A DNA stretch of 64,000 nucleotides from positions 46,597 to 110,596 of the forward strand of contig DASRFP010000002.1 in NCBI GenBank assembly GCA_035651475.1. Direction: 5' to 3'. Positions 1 through 8,479 of the stretch are shown piece by piece. Numbering within the stretch: the first letter of the stretch is position 1; each line of letters opens with the position of its first letter. A model generated the notes under the pieces. It saw only the letters and a list, made by a program, of their open reading frames with translations, made no database searches and was not told the origin of the DNA. Made by a program: the position numbers and the translations under genes. This DNA comes from Terriglobales bacterium (lineage in GTDB: Bacteria; Acidobacteriota; Terriglobia; Terriglobales; Acidobacteriaceae).

Positions 1-421
1 CACTCATCATCAAGCAGCCGCTTGGTTTGAGAGCTGCATGCATCTGACGTGCTGCATTGTGCGGATTTGGAAAGTATTCGAATACCTGAGTGGCTACTAC
101 AACATCGAATGTATTTGCTGCAAATGGAAGTAATTCGCCGTGTCCGATCACATCAACTAATTCGGTTTGTAAAATGTCGCATGCGAGATAGCGGCGCGCC
201 TTACCCGAGAAAAGCGGCCGATAAGGCTGATAACGACCACCTACATCCAGAATCGCGAGGTTTTTGTCCAATTGATCAATCCACTTTTCGAAAGTGCGTC
301 TCCGAGAGCGGAGCATAAGGAAACTAGGATCGGTCAGTCGCGGAAATAGCCGTTTATTCGCAACCTTGAGCAATAACTTGCTTTGCGATTCCGGCACTGA
401 CAATGAAGCAGCGTGCGCCAT
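1..421 (-). CDS. class I SAM-dependent methyltransferase, N-terminal part (gene continues past the left window edge)
   Basis: Absent from the ORF track because it is open at the window edge. Reverse-strand ATG at 421-419. My translation reads MAHAASLSV...LAILDVGGRYQPY...FDVVVATQVFEYFPNP...LKPSGCLMMS, which shows a glycine-rich SAM motif I followed by the motif II/III layout of Methyltransf_11/25-type enzymes. The listed + ORF 49..318 is its antisense shadow. Confidence 0.65.
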   Translation of the reverse strand, partial: MAHAASLSVPESQSKLLLKVANKRLFPRLTDPSFLMLRSRRRTFEKWIDQLDKNLAILDVGGRYQPYRPLFSGKARRYLACDILQTELVDVIGHGELLPFAANTFDVVVATQVFEYFPNPHNAARQMHAALKPSGCLMMS

Positions 422-717
422 GCAATAAATTGTATGTGTATGGGCGTCGCACGTGGTTAACTGCTCAACGACCTCCAAACCTGATTTTATTCACACCACC
501 CTTCGAACAGCTGGCGGCCGGTACGGTTTTCCACAGGCGACGTGCATGTACTTCCGTGATCTGATTTCACACCGGTTTAAGGTGTTCGTCTGATTGCTGC
601 TTCTTAGCTTCGTTTGTAAGTTGGCCCTGGAGCTCCTTCTACTTCCCAGGACCTGAAAGACACAATTGCGACCACTTCGCATTGTTGTACACAGATAACG
701 AGAATTCAGGAGGAGAA

Positions 718-2361
718 ATGAAGTTATTAGCGTTGGGGCTGTTTGTAGTTAGCAGCGTGGCATGGGCACAGGTTCCGCAGTCGGAGCATGTTTGGATTAT
801 TAGCGAAGAGAACCATAGTTACGAAGCAGTTATGGGTAATTCGAACATGCCGTATTACAACTCACTGGCGGCAAAGCACGGCTTGGCCACTCAGTATTAT
901 GCCGAGCAACATAACTCGCTTTCGGCGCTGATGTGGTTAGTCGCCGGGCAACCAGTCACAGCGAACGACAGTACGACAACCTGCTACAACCTAAACAACA
1001 TAGTGAAGCAGTTAATCGCGAGCGGCTACCATTGGCGTTCCTATCAGGAAGATTTGCCTTATGCAGGCTTCCCCGGGGTCAGTCACCTCAATTACGTACG
1101 CCGGCACAATCCAATTATTGATTTTACCGATAGTTGCGAGGCAAACCAGGCGACAAACTCGGTCCCGTTCACGCAACTCGCAACGGATATCGCTAAGCAT
1201 ACAACGCCAAATTACGCGTATATAACTCCCAACCTGCAGCACGACGCACACAGCGCATCGTTGGCCGCAGCGGATACTTGGCTTTCCGAGCACGTACCAG
1301 CAATTCTTTCACTGCCCGAGTTCAAACCTGGAGGAGATGGAATTCTTTTCATCGTGTGGGATGAGGCTGATCTGTCAGGCGATGACGTCAGCGAAGACAA
1401 TCGTTGCGCTTCGAACATTCCGCATGGCTGCGGCGGCAGGCTGCCGACGTTGGTGATCGGGCCTCAGGTGAAGCCCGGTTACAAGTCATCGGTGCGATAT
1501 GATCACGCGAATTTATTGCGCACGGTTTGCGACGTCATGGGCCTAGCGTCCTGTCCTGGAGCGGGCGCTGTGGCGAATCCGATGGCCGACTTTTTTAACC
1601 AGGTGAACGTAGCAACGCCGTTTGCGAATGCTACGGTCGCTTCACCGGTAAGAATCCGAGCAACAACATCGAATAGTTCTGCGGTCCATACAATGCAGAT
1701 CTATGTCGATAATGCCTTGAAGTACCATGCAAAGGGAGATTCTGTAGATACTTCGCTCGCCATGAGCGCCGGTAAGCACAACATTGTCGTGCAATCGTGG
1801 GACGCAAAGGGCGGGATTCACAAACGTGCAGTACCAGTGACAGTGAAGTCAGAGGCGGTGGTCGTGACGAAGCCTAGCCCAGGATCTGTCGTCGCTAAAT
1901 CCGTTGAGATCGGAGCCAATGGCAAGGGGCAAGGCGGCGTAACCAAAATGCAGTTGTATGTGGATGGCGATGCATTATTCCAGAGTAGCGGAAACACGCT
2001 CAATACTTCTGTCGACCTCAGAGCCGGCAGTCATACAATTGCGGTAGAGGCTTCCGATGCGGCGGGGAATCTAACCAGAAATTCATTTTCCGTAACAGCC
2101 GCGAGTCCCGCACTGACAATCGTTTCCCCTAAGTCCAACACGAGCTTTTCCTCGCCAATGAACATATCCGCCACGACAATTGATCCAACGCCGGTGAGCG
2201 CGGTGCAAGTCTACGTCGACAACCGTCTGGTGTATCAGGTGAGCGGAACCGGAGTTCAGGCGTCGATCGGGCTTCCCGCCGGGAAACACTGGCTCGTTGT
2301 CCAGGGGTGGAACCGTTCGGGAGCGACTTACAAAAAGAGCGAGTGGGTGACGGTTAAGTAG
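718..2361 (+). CDS. secreted phosphoesterase-family protein (acid phosphatase / phospholipase C-like) with three C-terminal Ig-like repeats
   Basis: GGAGGAG lies upstream of ATG 718, which gives the signal peptide MKLLALGLFVVSSVAWAQ. The motifs NHSYE, RRHNPIIDF and YAYITPNLQHDAHS are typical of the phosphoesterase family. The C-terminus has three ~90-aa repeats (..MQIYVDNALKY.., ..MQLYVDGDALF.., ..VQVYVDNRLVY..). The track start at 682 is a non-ATG extension. Confidence 0.7.
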   Translation: MKLLALGLFVVSSVAWAQVPQSEHVWIISEENHSYEAVMGNSNMPYYNSLAAKHGLATQYYAEQHNSLSALMWLVAGQPVTANDSTTTCYNLNNIVKQLIASGYHWRSYQEDLPYAGFPGVSHLNYVRRHNPIIDFTDSCEANQATNSVPFTQLATDIAKHTTPNYAYITPNLQHDAHSASLAAADTWLSEHVPAILSLPEFKPGGDGILFIVWDEADLSGDDVSEDNRCASNIPHGCGGRLPTLVIGPQVKPGYKSSVRYDHANLLRTVCDVMGLASCPGAGAVANPMADFFNQVNVATPFANATVASPVRIRATTSNSSAVHTMQIYVDNALKYHAKGDSVDTSLAMSAGKHNIVVQSWDAKGGIHKRAVPVTVKSEAVVVTKPSPGSVVAKSVEIGANGKGQGGVTKMQLYVDGDALFQSSGNTLNTSVDLRAGSHTIAVEASDAAGNLTRNSFSVTAASPALTIVSPKSNTSFSSPMNISATTIDPTPVSAVQVYVDNRLVYQVSGTGVQASIGLPAGKHWLVVQGWNRSGATYKKSEWVTVK

Positions 2362-2419
2362 CCTGTCGCTCGGAACCGCAAACTGAAGTAACCTCCACAC
2401 GAATAGCTGAAAAGGTCAC

Positions 2420-2448
2420 TATGAGAGCACATGTCTCGTGCTCTCATA
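2420..2448 (+). promoter_or_regulatory. perfect 11-bp inverted repeat with the ABC-operon start codon in its 7-nt loop
   Basis: TATGAGAGCAC (2420-2430) / loop ATGTCTC (2431-2437) / GTGCTCTCATA (2438-2448). The ATG of the first ATPase gene is the first triplet of the loop. Confidence 0.3.
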
Positions 2449-3267
2449 AATATTTTTGACCTGACGGTGTGTTACCGGCCAAAATCCGGCGATCCCGTTG
2501 TTGCTCTGGACGGGGTTAGCCTCCGGTTATGGGCGGGCGAAATTGTCGGAATACTCGGCGAATCTGGTTCGGGAAAGAGTACGCTGGCATCTTCGATTAT
2601 TCAGCTACTTTCGGCAAAGAGCGAGCGTCACGGCTCAGTTCTTTTTCAAGAGCGCGAGCTTACACAAATGAACGAACACGAATTGCGAAGAATTCGTGGC
2701 CGCCACATCTCACTTGTCCCGCAAGACCCTGCCATTTCCTTGAATCCGATTATTCGTGCGGGAACACAGATCGCCGAGGTATTGCGCGCTCACCTCCCAC
2801 TGAATCGCAAGGAGCGAAAAGATCGGGTTCTGGAATTATTACGCCAGGTAGGATTCGACGACCCCGATCGGATCGCCGCTTCATATCCCCACCAGCTCAG
2901 CGGCGGACAGAGGCAGCGAGTGGTAATTGCACAGGCGATTGCCTGCCGCCCGGATTTGATCATTGCCGACGAACCGGTGAGCAAGTTGGATTCGCCGCTG
3001 CAAGGGCAGTTGATTGAACTCATACGGACACTTGTTCGCCAGAACAACACGGCTTTGCTCTGGGTTACCCACGATCCTGCGACACTTGTCGGGTTTGCCG
3101 ACCGAATTGCGGTGATGCAAAAGGGGCGCATTGTCGAGGAAGGCAAGCCGCAGGAGATTTTCAGGCGGCCTGCTGACGCTTATACGGCGACGTTCATGCA
3201 GTTATCGCGAGAACTGGCGCTTGGCTCAGTTGATGCTAGAACCCGGGCGGCAAATTATGTCGAGTGA
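2431..3267 (+). CDS. ABC transporter ATP-binding protein, peptide/nickel (DppD/OppD-like)
   Basis: Walker A GESGSGKST, signature LSGGQRQR, Walker B LIIADEP. It is the first gene of a five-gene importer operon. Confidence 0.9.
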   Translation: MSRALINIFDLTVCYRPKSGDPVVALDGVSLRLWAGEIVGILGESGSGKSTLASSIIQLLSAKSERHGSVLFQERELTQMNEHELRRIRGRHISLVPQDPAISLNPIIRAGTQIAEVLRAHLPLNRKERKDRVLELLRQVGFDDPDRIAASYPHQLSGGQRQRVVIAQAIACRPDLIIADEPVSKLDSPLQGQLIELIRTLVRQNNTALLWVTHDPATLVGFADRIAVMQKGRIVEEGKPQEIFRRPADAYTATFMQLSRELALGSVDARTRAANYVE

Positions 3268-4105
3268 TCTGAATTTTTTCGAAAGTAAGACGCCGTTGCT
3301 TCGAGTTCGCGGGCTGAGCAAGTGCTACTTCGTTCGGAAGACACTTTGGGGAAAGCGTGCTCTGATTCCGGCAGCGGTGGACATCAGTTTCGAGATTTCC
3401 GCTGGGGAAACACTAGCACTGGTTGGAAGCTCGGGCTCAGGAAAATCTACCGTAGCGCGTTGCGTCACCAGGCTAGAGAAACCTGACGCAGGCGAAATCT
3501 GGCTTGGAGACACTGACATCGTCGGGCGTAATACCCGCGAGTTGCGCCCATTCCGCAGCCACATTCAGATGGTATTTCAGGATCCTGCGACCGCGATGAA
3601 CACGAGAATGTCCGCTGCCCAAATCATTGAGGAGCCGCTGCTGATTCGCGACCGAGGCCGCAGGGCGGACCACAGACATCACGCGGCAGAACTCATGAAA
3701 GAAGTCGGGCTTTCTCCAGACTGGCTCGACCGGCGAATTTCGGAATTCAGTGGCGGGCAGAAGCAGAGGATTGCGATTGCGCGCGCATTGGTACTTCAGC
3801 CCAGACTGCTGGTGCTCGATGAAGCGCTAACAGGACTCGACATTCGTACGCTCGTGCAACTTATCGAGCTATTACTCGAAGTTCAGCGAAAGCACGCTTT
3901 GGGTTACTTACTAATTTCGCATGACTTGGCCGTGGTCAGGCGAAGCGCAGATAGGATCGCTGTTATTTCTCAGGGAAAGATCGTGGAAGCGGGTACAGCG
4001 TCTGAGATCCTGTCGAACCCCGCCCAACCGGAAACTCAGTCGTTGGTTGCTGCCGGAGAACACTTCCGAGCGGCACTCGCAAAAGCGCACGGAGCGTCAG
4101 CGTGA
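3257..4105 (+). CDS. ABC transporter ATP-binding protein, peptide/nickel (DppF/OppF-like)
   Basis: In-frame ATG at 3257 (MSSDLNFF..) overlaps the upstream stop. Walker A GSSGSGKST, signature FSGGQKQR, Walker B LLVLDEA. The track start at 3131 is an upstream extension that overlaps the previous gene. Confidence 0.9.
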   Translation: MSSDLNFFESKTPLLRVRGLSKCYFVRKTLWGKRALIPAAVDISFEISAGETLALVGSSGSGKSTVARCVTRLEKPDAGEIWLGDTDIVGRNTRELRPFRSHIQMVFQDPATAMNTRMSAAQIIEEPLLIRDRGRRADHRHHAAELMKEVGLSPDWLDRRISEFSGGQKQRIAIARALVLQPRLLVLDEALTGLDIRTLVQLIELLLEVQRKHALGYLLISHDLAVVRRSADRIAVISQGKIVEAGTASEILSNPAQPETQSLVAAGEHFRAALAKAHGASA

Positions 4106-5079
4106 AGTACCTGGCTCGGCGCTTATTGAGGGCGGTTCTGCTCCTATGGGGGGTTTCGATTTTGTGCTTCCTGTTCACCCAGCTAGCCCCGGGCAGTTTT
4201 TTTGACGAGATGCGCTTGAACCCGCAAATCTCGCCCGAAACCATTACTCACTTACAGGAGCGCTATGGGCTCGACAAGCCACTTTTAACTCGCTACGCGA
4301 GGTGGACTGCGTCGCTGGTGCGAGGAGATCTTGGTTACTCACTGGCGTATAACGCACCGGTTGAGCCTTTGCTTGTTCTGCGCGCGGAAAACACTCTTCT
4401 ACTGACGTCAGTGGCGATGTTCCTGACATGGCTGATCGGGGTGCCACTTGGTGTATGGACAGCTAACACGCGCGGCAAATTGTTCGACCGGTTCATCGGA
4501 ACCGGAAACTCCTTGCTCATTTCAATTCCTGAAATCGTGATCGCAGTCACACTGCTTGCAATTGCGGTTCGAACGCGAGCGGTTCCGGTCGGGGGGATGG
4601 CGTCGTTGGGTGCAGACGAGCTTTCGGGTTGGGCAAAGGCGCAAGACCTTTTCCTTCACATGCTACTGCCGGTTTCAATTCTCGTGCTCAGTGGCGTCGC
4701 AATCGTTGAGCGACATGTGCGAACAAGCGTGATTGAAGTACTCGAAACACCATGCATCCAAGCCGCCCGTGGACTTGGGATAAACAAAACACGACTTCTA
4801 TTTCGGCATGTTCTGCCGCTTGCGGCAAATCCTGCGATTTCATTGTTCGGCTTTTCATTGGCTGGGCTGCTGGGCGGCTCGTTGCTAGTCGAAGTCCTGT
4901 GTGGATGGCCAGGTCTCGGGCCACTGATTCTCGAGGCAACATTGTCTCGCGATTTGTATGTCGTGATCGGCGCCGTGATGTTTTCGGCCTTGTTCATGCT
5001 CGCGGGGAATATCGTGGCGGATCTGCTTTTAGTTGCTTGCGATCCGCGCATACGCGCAGGGGAAGCCGATGCGGCGTAA
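4102..5079 (+). CDS. ABC transporter permease (DppB/OppB-like)
   Basis: GTG start overlaps the upstream TGA (GTGA). The protein has multiple hydrophobic spans and begins MKYLARRLLRAVLLLWGVSIL, typical of BPD_transp_1 peptide permeases. Confidence 0.85.
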   Translation: MKYLARRLLRAVLLLWGVSILCFLFTQLAPGSFFDEMRLNPQISPETITHLQERYGLDKPLLTRYARWTASLVRGDLGYSLAYNAPVEPLLVLRAENTLLLTSVAMFLTWLIGVPLGVWTANTRGKLFDRFIGTGNSLLISIPEIVIAVTLLAIAVRTRAVPVGGMASLGADELSGWAKAQDLFLHMLLPVSILVLSGVAIVERHVRTSVIEVLETPCIQAARGLGINKTRLLFRHVLPLAANPAISLFGFSLAGLLGGSLLVEVLCGWPGLGPLILEATLSRDLYVVIGAVMFSALFMLAGNIVADLLLVACDPRIRAGEADAA

Positions 5080-6088
5080 GCTCGTTTTTGGCCTACTTAT
5101 CGCTGCGCTGATTGCGCTTCACGCGGCCATCGTCTTCGCCGGATTTATCGCGCCATATGACCCCGCAACTCAAAACCGCGATATCGCGTACGCTCCGCCG
5201 ACGCGTTTGCACTTCGTTGACTCCGGCGGATTTCACTTGCGTCCGTTCGTTCACGGGGCAGTCGTGGATGCTGATGGGTATGGCGAGGACCGGAGTCACG
5301 AATATCCGCTGCAGTTCTTTAATCGCGGGGCAACCTACAAAATTCTCGGCGTGATTCCGGCGAATCTTCATTTGTTTGGCGTGCGATCTCCGGGGCAGGT
5401 TTTTTTGTTCGGCACAGATTCTTACGGGCGCGATGAATTGTCGCGGCTTTTGTATGGCGGGCAGATTTCATTGGCCGCGGGTTTGCTGGCTACCTTTCTT
5501 ACGTTGGCCGCAGCGCTCGTAATCGGCACTGTTTCCGGCTACTACGGCAGATGGATTGATGAATCGCTGATGGGCTCGGCAGAGTTATTTTTAGCTCTTC
5601 CCTGGTTTTATTTTTTGGTTGGTCTCAGAGCATTTTTGCCACTTCATCTGAGCCCGACAAATACATTTCTGCTGATCATTGCAGTGATCGGAGTGATCGG
5701 ATGGGCACGACCGGCGCGGTTGATCCGCGGAATTGTACTTAGCGCGCGCAATCGCAATTACGTTCTTGCGGCTCGGGGTTTTGGCGCGTCAGACTTTTAC
5801 TTACTGCGCAGGCATGTCGTACCCGAGACGTTGGGCGTCATTCTTACCCAAGCTGCTGTGCTGGTACCGCAATATGTGGCGTCTGAAGCTGTGCTGTCAT
5901 TTTTCGGATTAGGGATTGCCGAACCGGTACCGAGCTGGGGCAATATGCTTAGCACCTTGCAGCAGTACAACGTGCTCGTCGCTTACCATTGGCTTCTGGC
6001 TCCGGCGTTCGCACTGGTAGTTACTTCGGTTACGTACTGGCTTATGGCCGACGCCATCCATCACTGGTTACAATCTCATTCAATCTAA
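5069..6088 (+). CDS. ABC transporter permease (DppC/OppC-like)
   Basis: ATG 5069 (MRRKLVFGLLIAAL..) overlaps the upstream stop. Polytopic membrane protein in operon context. Confidence 0.85.
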   Translation: MRRKLVFGLLIAALIALHAAIVFAGFIAPYDPATQNRDIAYAPPTRLHFVDSGGFHLRPFVHGAVVDADGYGEDRSHEYPLQFFNRGATYKILGVIPANLHLFGVRSPGQVFLFGTDSYGRDELSRLLYGGQISLAAGLLATFLTLAAALVIGTVSGYYGRWIDESLMGSAELFLALPWFYFLVGLRAFLPLHLSPTNTFLLIIAVIGVIGWARPARLIRGIVLSARNRNYVLAARGFGASDFYLLRRHVVPETLGVILTQAAVLVPQYVASEAVLSFFGLGIAEPVPSWGNMLSTLQQYNVLVAYHWLLAPAFALVVTSVTYWLMADAIHHWLQSHSI

Positions 6089-6112
6089 CCAAGTTCTGTG
6101 GGGAAGGGCGTT

Positions 6113-7891
6113 ATGAAGACCATAGCTCGCCTTGCCCTATTTGTGTGCCTGATCGCAACCTTTGCAGCGGCTTCCGGGCCTGCTGCTGCGCCGTTAAGCC
6201 CGTCGGAGCAAGTACTACGGGTAACAGATGAAGTTGGGCACTACGGGGGCCGACTTGTCATTGGGCAGCGCGCTGAGCCCAAGACGCTGAATCCAGTTAC
6301 CGCCGCTGATGCCGTTTCGCGCGAGGTGATTGGGCGATGCAATGCCGACTTGATCACGATTAATCGGCTTTCCCAAAAAACAGAGCCGGCGCTAGCGGAA
6401 TCATGGAAGACCTCGGCCGACGGCCGCAGCTTTACGATTCATCTCCGCAAAGGCATTCGCTTTTCCGACGGACAGGCCTTCGACGCTGACGACGTTGTTT
6501 TTTCTTTCCAGCTGTATCTCGACGAAAACATCGGCTCTCCGCAGCGTGATCTGCTGGTCATCGATGGCAAGCCGCTGACGGTTACGAAGCTTGATCAGTA
6601 CACGGTTCGCTTCACATTGCCGAAGCCGTACGCTGCCGCTGAAAGGCTTTTCGATGGACTCGCTATTCTGCCGAAGCATCTTCTCGCAGCGCCGTACAAA
6701 GGCGGCAGATTTGCGGCGATGTGGTCGTTAAACACGCCGCCATCGGAGATTGCAGGACTTGGCCCATTTCGGCTGAAGGAGTACGTGCCGGGGCAGAAAA
6801 TCGTGCTGGAACGGAATCCGTATTACTGGAAAGCTGATCGAGAAAACCACCGCCTGCCATACCTGGACGAGCTGGTGTTCGTATTCGTTGGCGGAGAAGA
6901 CCAACAGGTGATGCGCTTTGAAGCCGGCGAGACCGATCTGATCAGCCGGCTTAGCTCGGAAAATTACTCAATGCTTTCGAAAGAGCGGTCGCGCGAGGGC
7001 TGGCAACTCGCCGACCTTGGCCCAAGCCTTGAATACAACTTTCTCGTATTTAACTTGAACGATGTCGATTCGAAGAAGCTCGGAGAGGTCGCGATCAAAC
7101 AGGCTTGGTTCCGTAACTTGAAATTTCGCGAGGCTGTTTCAGCCGCCATCGATCGTGAATCGATTGTGAAGCTCGTGTACGGCACCCGGGGAACACCCTT
7201 ATGGGGCAATGTTGGACCCGGGAACAAGCTGTGGATGGATAGTTCAATTCCGCACCCGAAGCGGTCGATCGAGAACGCCCGCCAGTTGCTGCAATCTACC
7301 GGTTTCTCGTGGAACGGCTCTGGTCAATTGCTCGATGCTTCAGGCAGGCTCGTCGAGTTCTCGATCGTTACAAGTTCTTCGAACACACAGCGGATGAAAA
7401 TGGCCACGCTGGTGCAAGATGACCTCTCGCACCTCGGGATGCAGGTGCATGTTGTACCACTTGATTTTCGCGCCATGCTCGACCGCGTGTTCCAGAGCTT
7501 CGATTATGAAGCGGCAATAATGGGCTTGGGGGGAGGAGATCCTGATCCGAATCCTGAGATGAACGTATGGCTCTCAAATGGCGCCACCCACATTTGGCAT
7601 TTGAATGAAGCGAAACCCGCGACAGCATGGGAGAGCGAAGTGGATCAACTGATGCAGGAGCAGATGGTCACGCTCAACTACCGGAAGCGCAAACGGCTAT
7701 ACGACCGGGCGCAGGAGCTGATTTCACAAAATCTTCCGTTCATTTTTTTGGCGACTCCCGATGTTCTAGTCGGGGCGAAGGGGCAGGTGGGGAATTTTCA
7801 TCCGGCAGTGCTCGATCATTACACGCTCTGGAATGCTGACGAGCTCTACCTGCGCCAGAACGATGGCGTGGAGCGGGCCGGGCTCAGGTGA
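6113..7891 (+). CDS. ABC transporter substrate-binding protein, family 5 (peptide/nickel binding)
   Basis: ATG 6113 gives the signal peptide MKTIARLALFVCLIATFAAASG. Its length and motifs (RFSDGQAFDADDVVFSF, NPYYW) fit SBP_bac_5. Confidence 0.85.
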   Translation: MKTIARLALFVCLIATFAAASGPAAAPLSPSEQVLRVTDEVGHYGGRLVIGQRAEPKTLNPVTAADAVSREVIGRCNADLITINRLSQKTEPALAESWKTSADGRSFTIHLRKGIRFSDGQAFDADDVVFSFQLYLDENIGSPQRDLLVIDGKPLTVTKLDQYTVRFTLPKPYAAAERLFDGLAILPKHLLAAPYKGGRFAAMWSLNTPPSEIAGLGPFRLKEYVPGQKIVLERNPYYWKADRENHRLPYLDELVFVFVGGEDQQVMRFEAGETDLISRLSSENYSMLSKERSREGWQLADLGPSLEYNFLVFNLNDVDSKKLGEVAIKQAWFRNLKFREAVSAAIDRESIVKLVYGTRGTPLWGNVGPGNKLWMDSSIPHPKRSIENARQLLQSTGFSWNGSGQLLDASGRLVEFSIVTSSSNTQRMKMATLVQDDLSHLGMQVHVVPLDFRAMLDRVFQSFDYEAAIMGLGGGDPDPNPEMNVWLSNGATHIWHLNEAKPATAWESEVDQLMQEQMVTLNYRKRKRLYDRAQELISQNLPFIFLATPDVLVGAKGQVGNFHPAVLDHYTLWNADELYLRQNDGVERAGLR

Positions 7892-8478
7892 ACTCTGCCG
7901 TCAAACTGCAACGTGAGCGTGAAGCGCAATGGCCCGACGAGCGACTGGTTTCCGAATGCCTGAAAGGAAATCAGGAGGCGTGGTCAGCTCTGATCGATAA
8001 GTATAAGAACCTGATCTATTCAATTCCCATCAAGCTCCGCATGTACGAAGATGCGCCGGATATTTTTCAGGCGGTGTGCGTCGATCTGCTCGCAGGCCTT
8101 CCCAAGCTGCGTGATCCAAAGGCGCTCCCGAAATGGTTGATGCAGGCCTGCTACCACAGGTGCCTGCAATATCGCCGGCGGTCAGACAAGCACCCACAAC
8201 TGACGAATGAAAACGGCGAGGAACTTCAGCTGGCTTCGGAAGGTCCGCTTCCTGAGCGCATGCTGGCCGAGTTGGAGAAGGAACAGATGGTGCGAGACGC
8301 GATCGTGGAACTGAATCCGCGCTGTGAACAGATGGTCCGCATGTTGTTTTTTGAGAATCCGCCGCGTCCATACGAGGAAGTTGCGCGTGAACTGAAGCTC
8401 GCCACCGGCTCGATTGGATTTATTCGCGGACGCTGCCTGCAGAAATTAAGAAAACAGCTAGAAAAGCTGGGGTTCTGA
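7888..8478 (+). CDS. ECF-type RNA polymerase sigma-70 family factor
   Basis: Region 2 is present (LVSECLKGNQEAWSALIDKYKNLIYSI) and so is the region 4 HTH (PYEEVARELKLATGSIGFIRGRCLQKLR). The GTG start overlaps the TGA of the binding-protein gene. Confidence 0.85.
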   Translation: MNSAVKLQREREAQWPDERLVSECLKGNQEAWSALIDKYKNLIYSIPIKLRMYEDAPDIFQAVCVDLLAGLPKLRDPKALPKWLMQACYHRCLQYRRRSDKHPQLTNENGEELQLASEGPLPERMLAELEKEQMVRDAIVELNPRCEQMVRMLFFENPPRPYEEVARELKLATGSIGFIRGRCLQKLRKQLEKLGF

Positions 8479-8479
8479 A

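Noticed and set aside
49-318. Listed + strand ORF of 89 aa at the left edge
   Set aside because: It is the antisense shadow of a much better reverse-strand reading frame (1-421) that encodes a recognisable SAM-dependent methyltransferase N-terminus.
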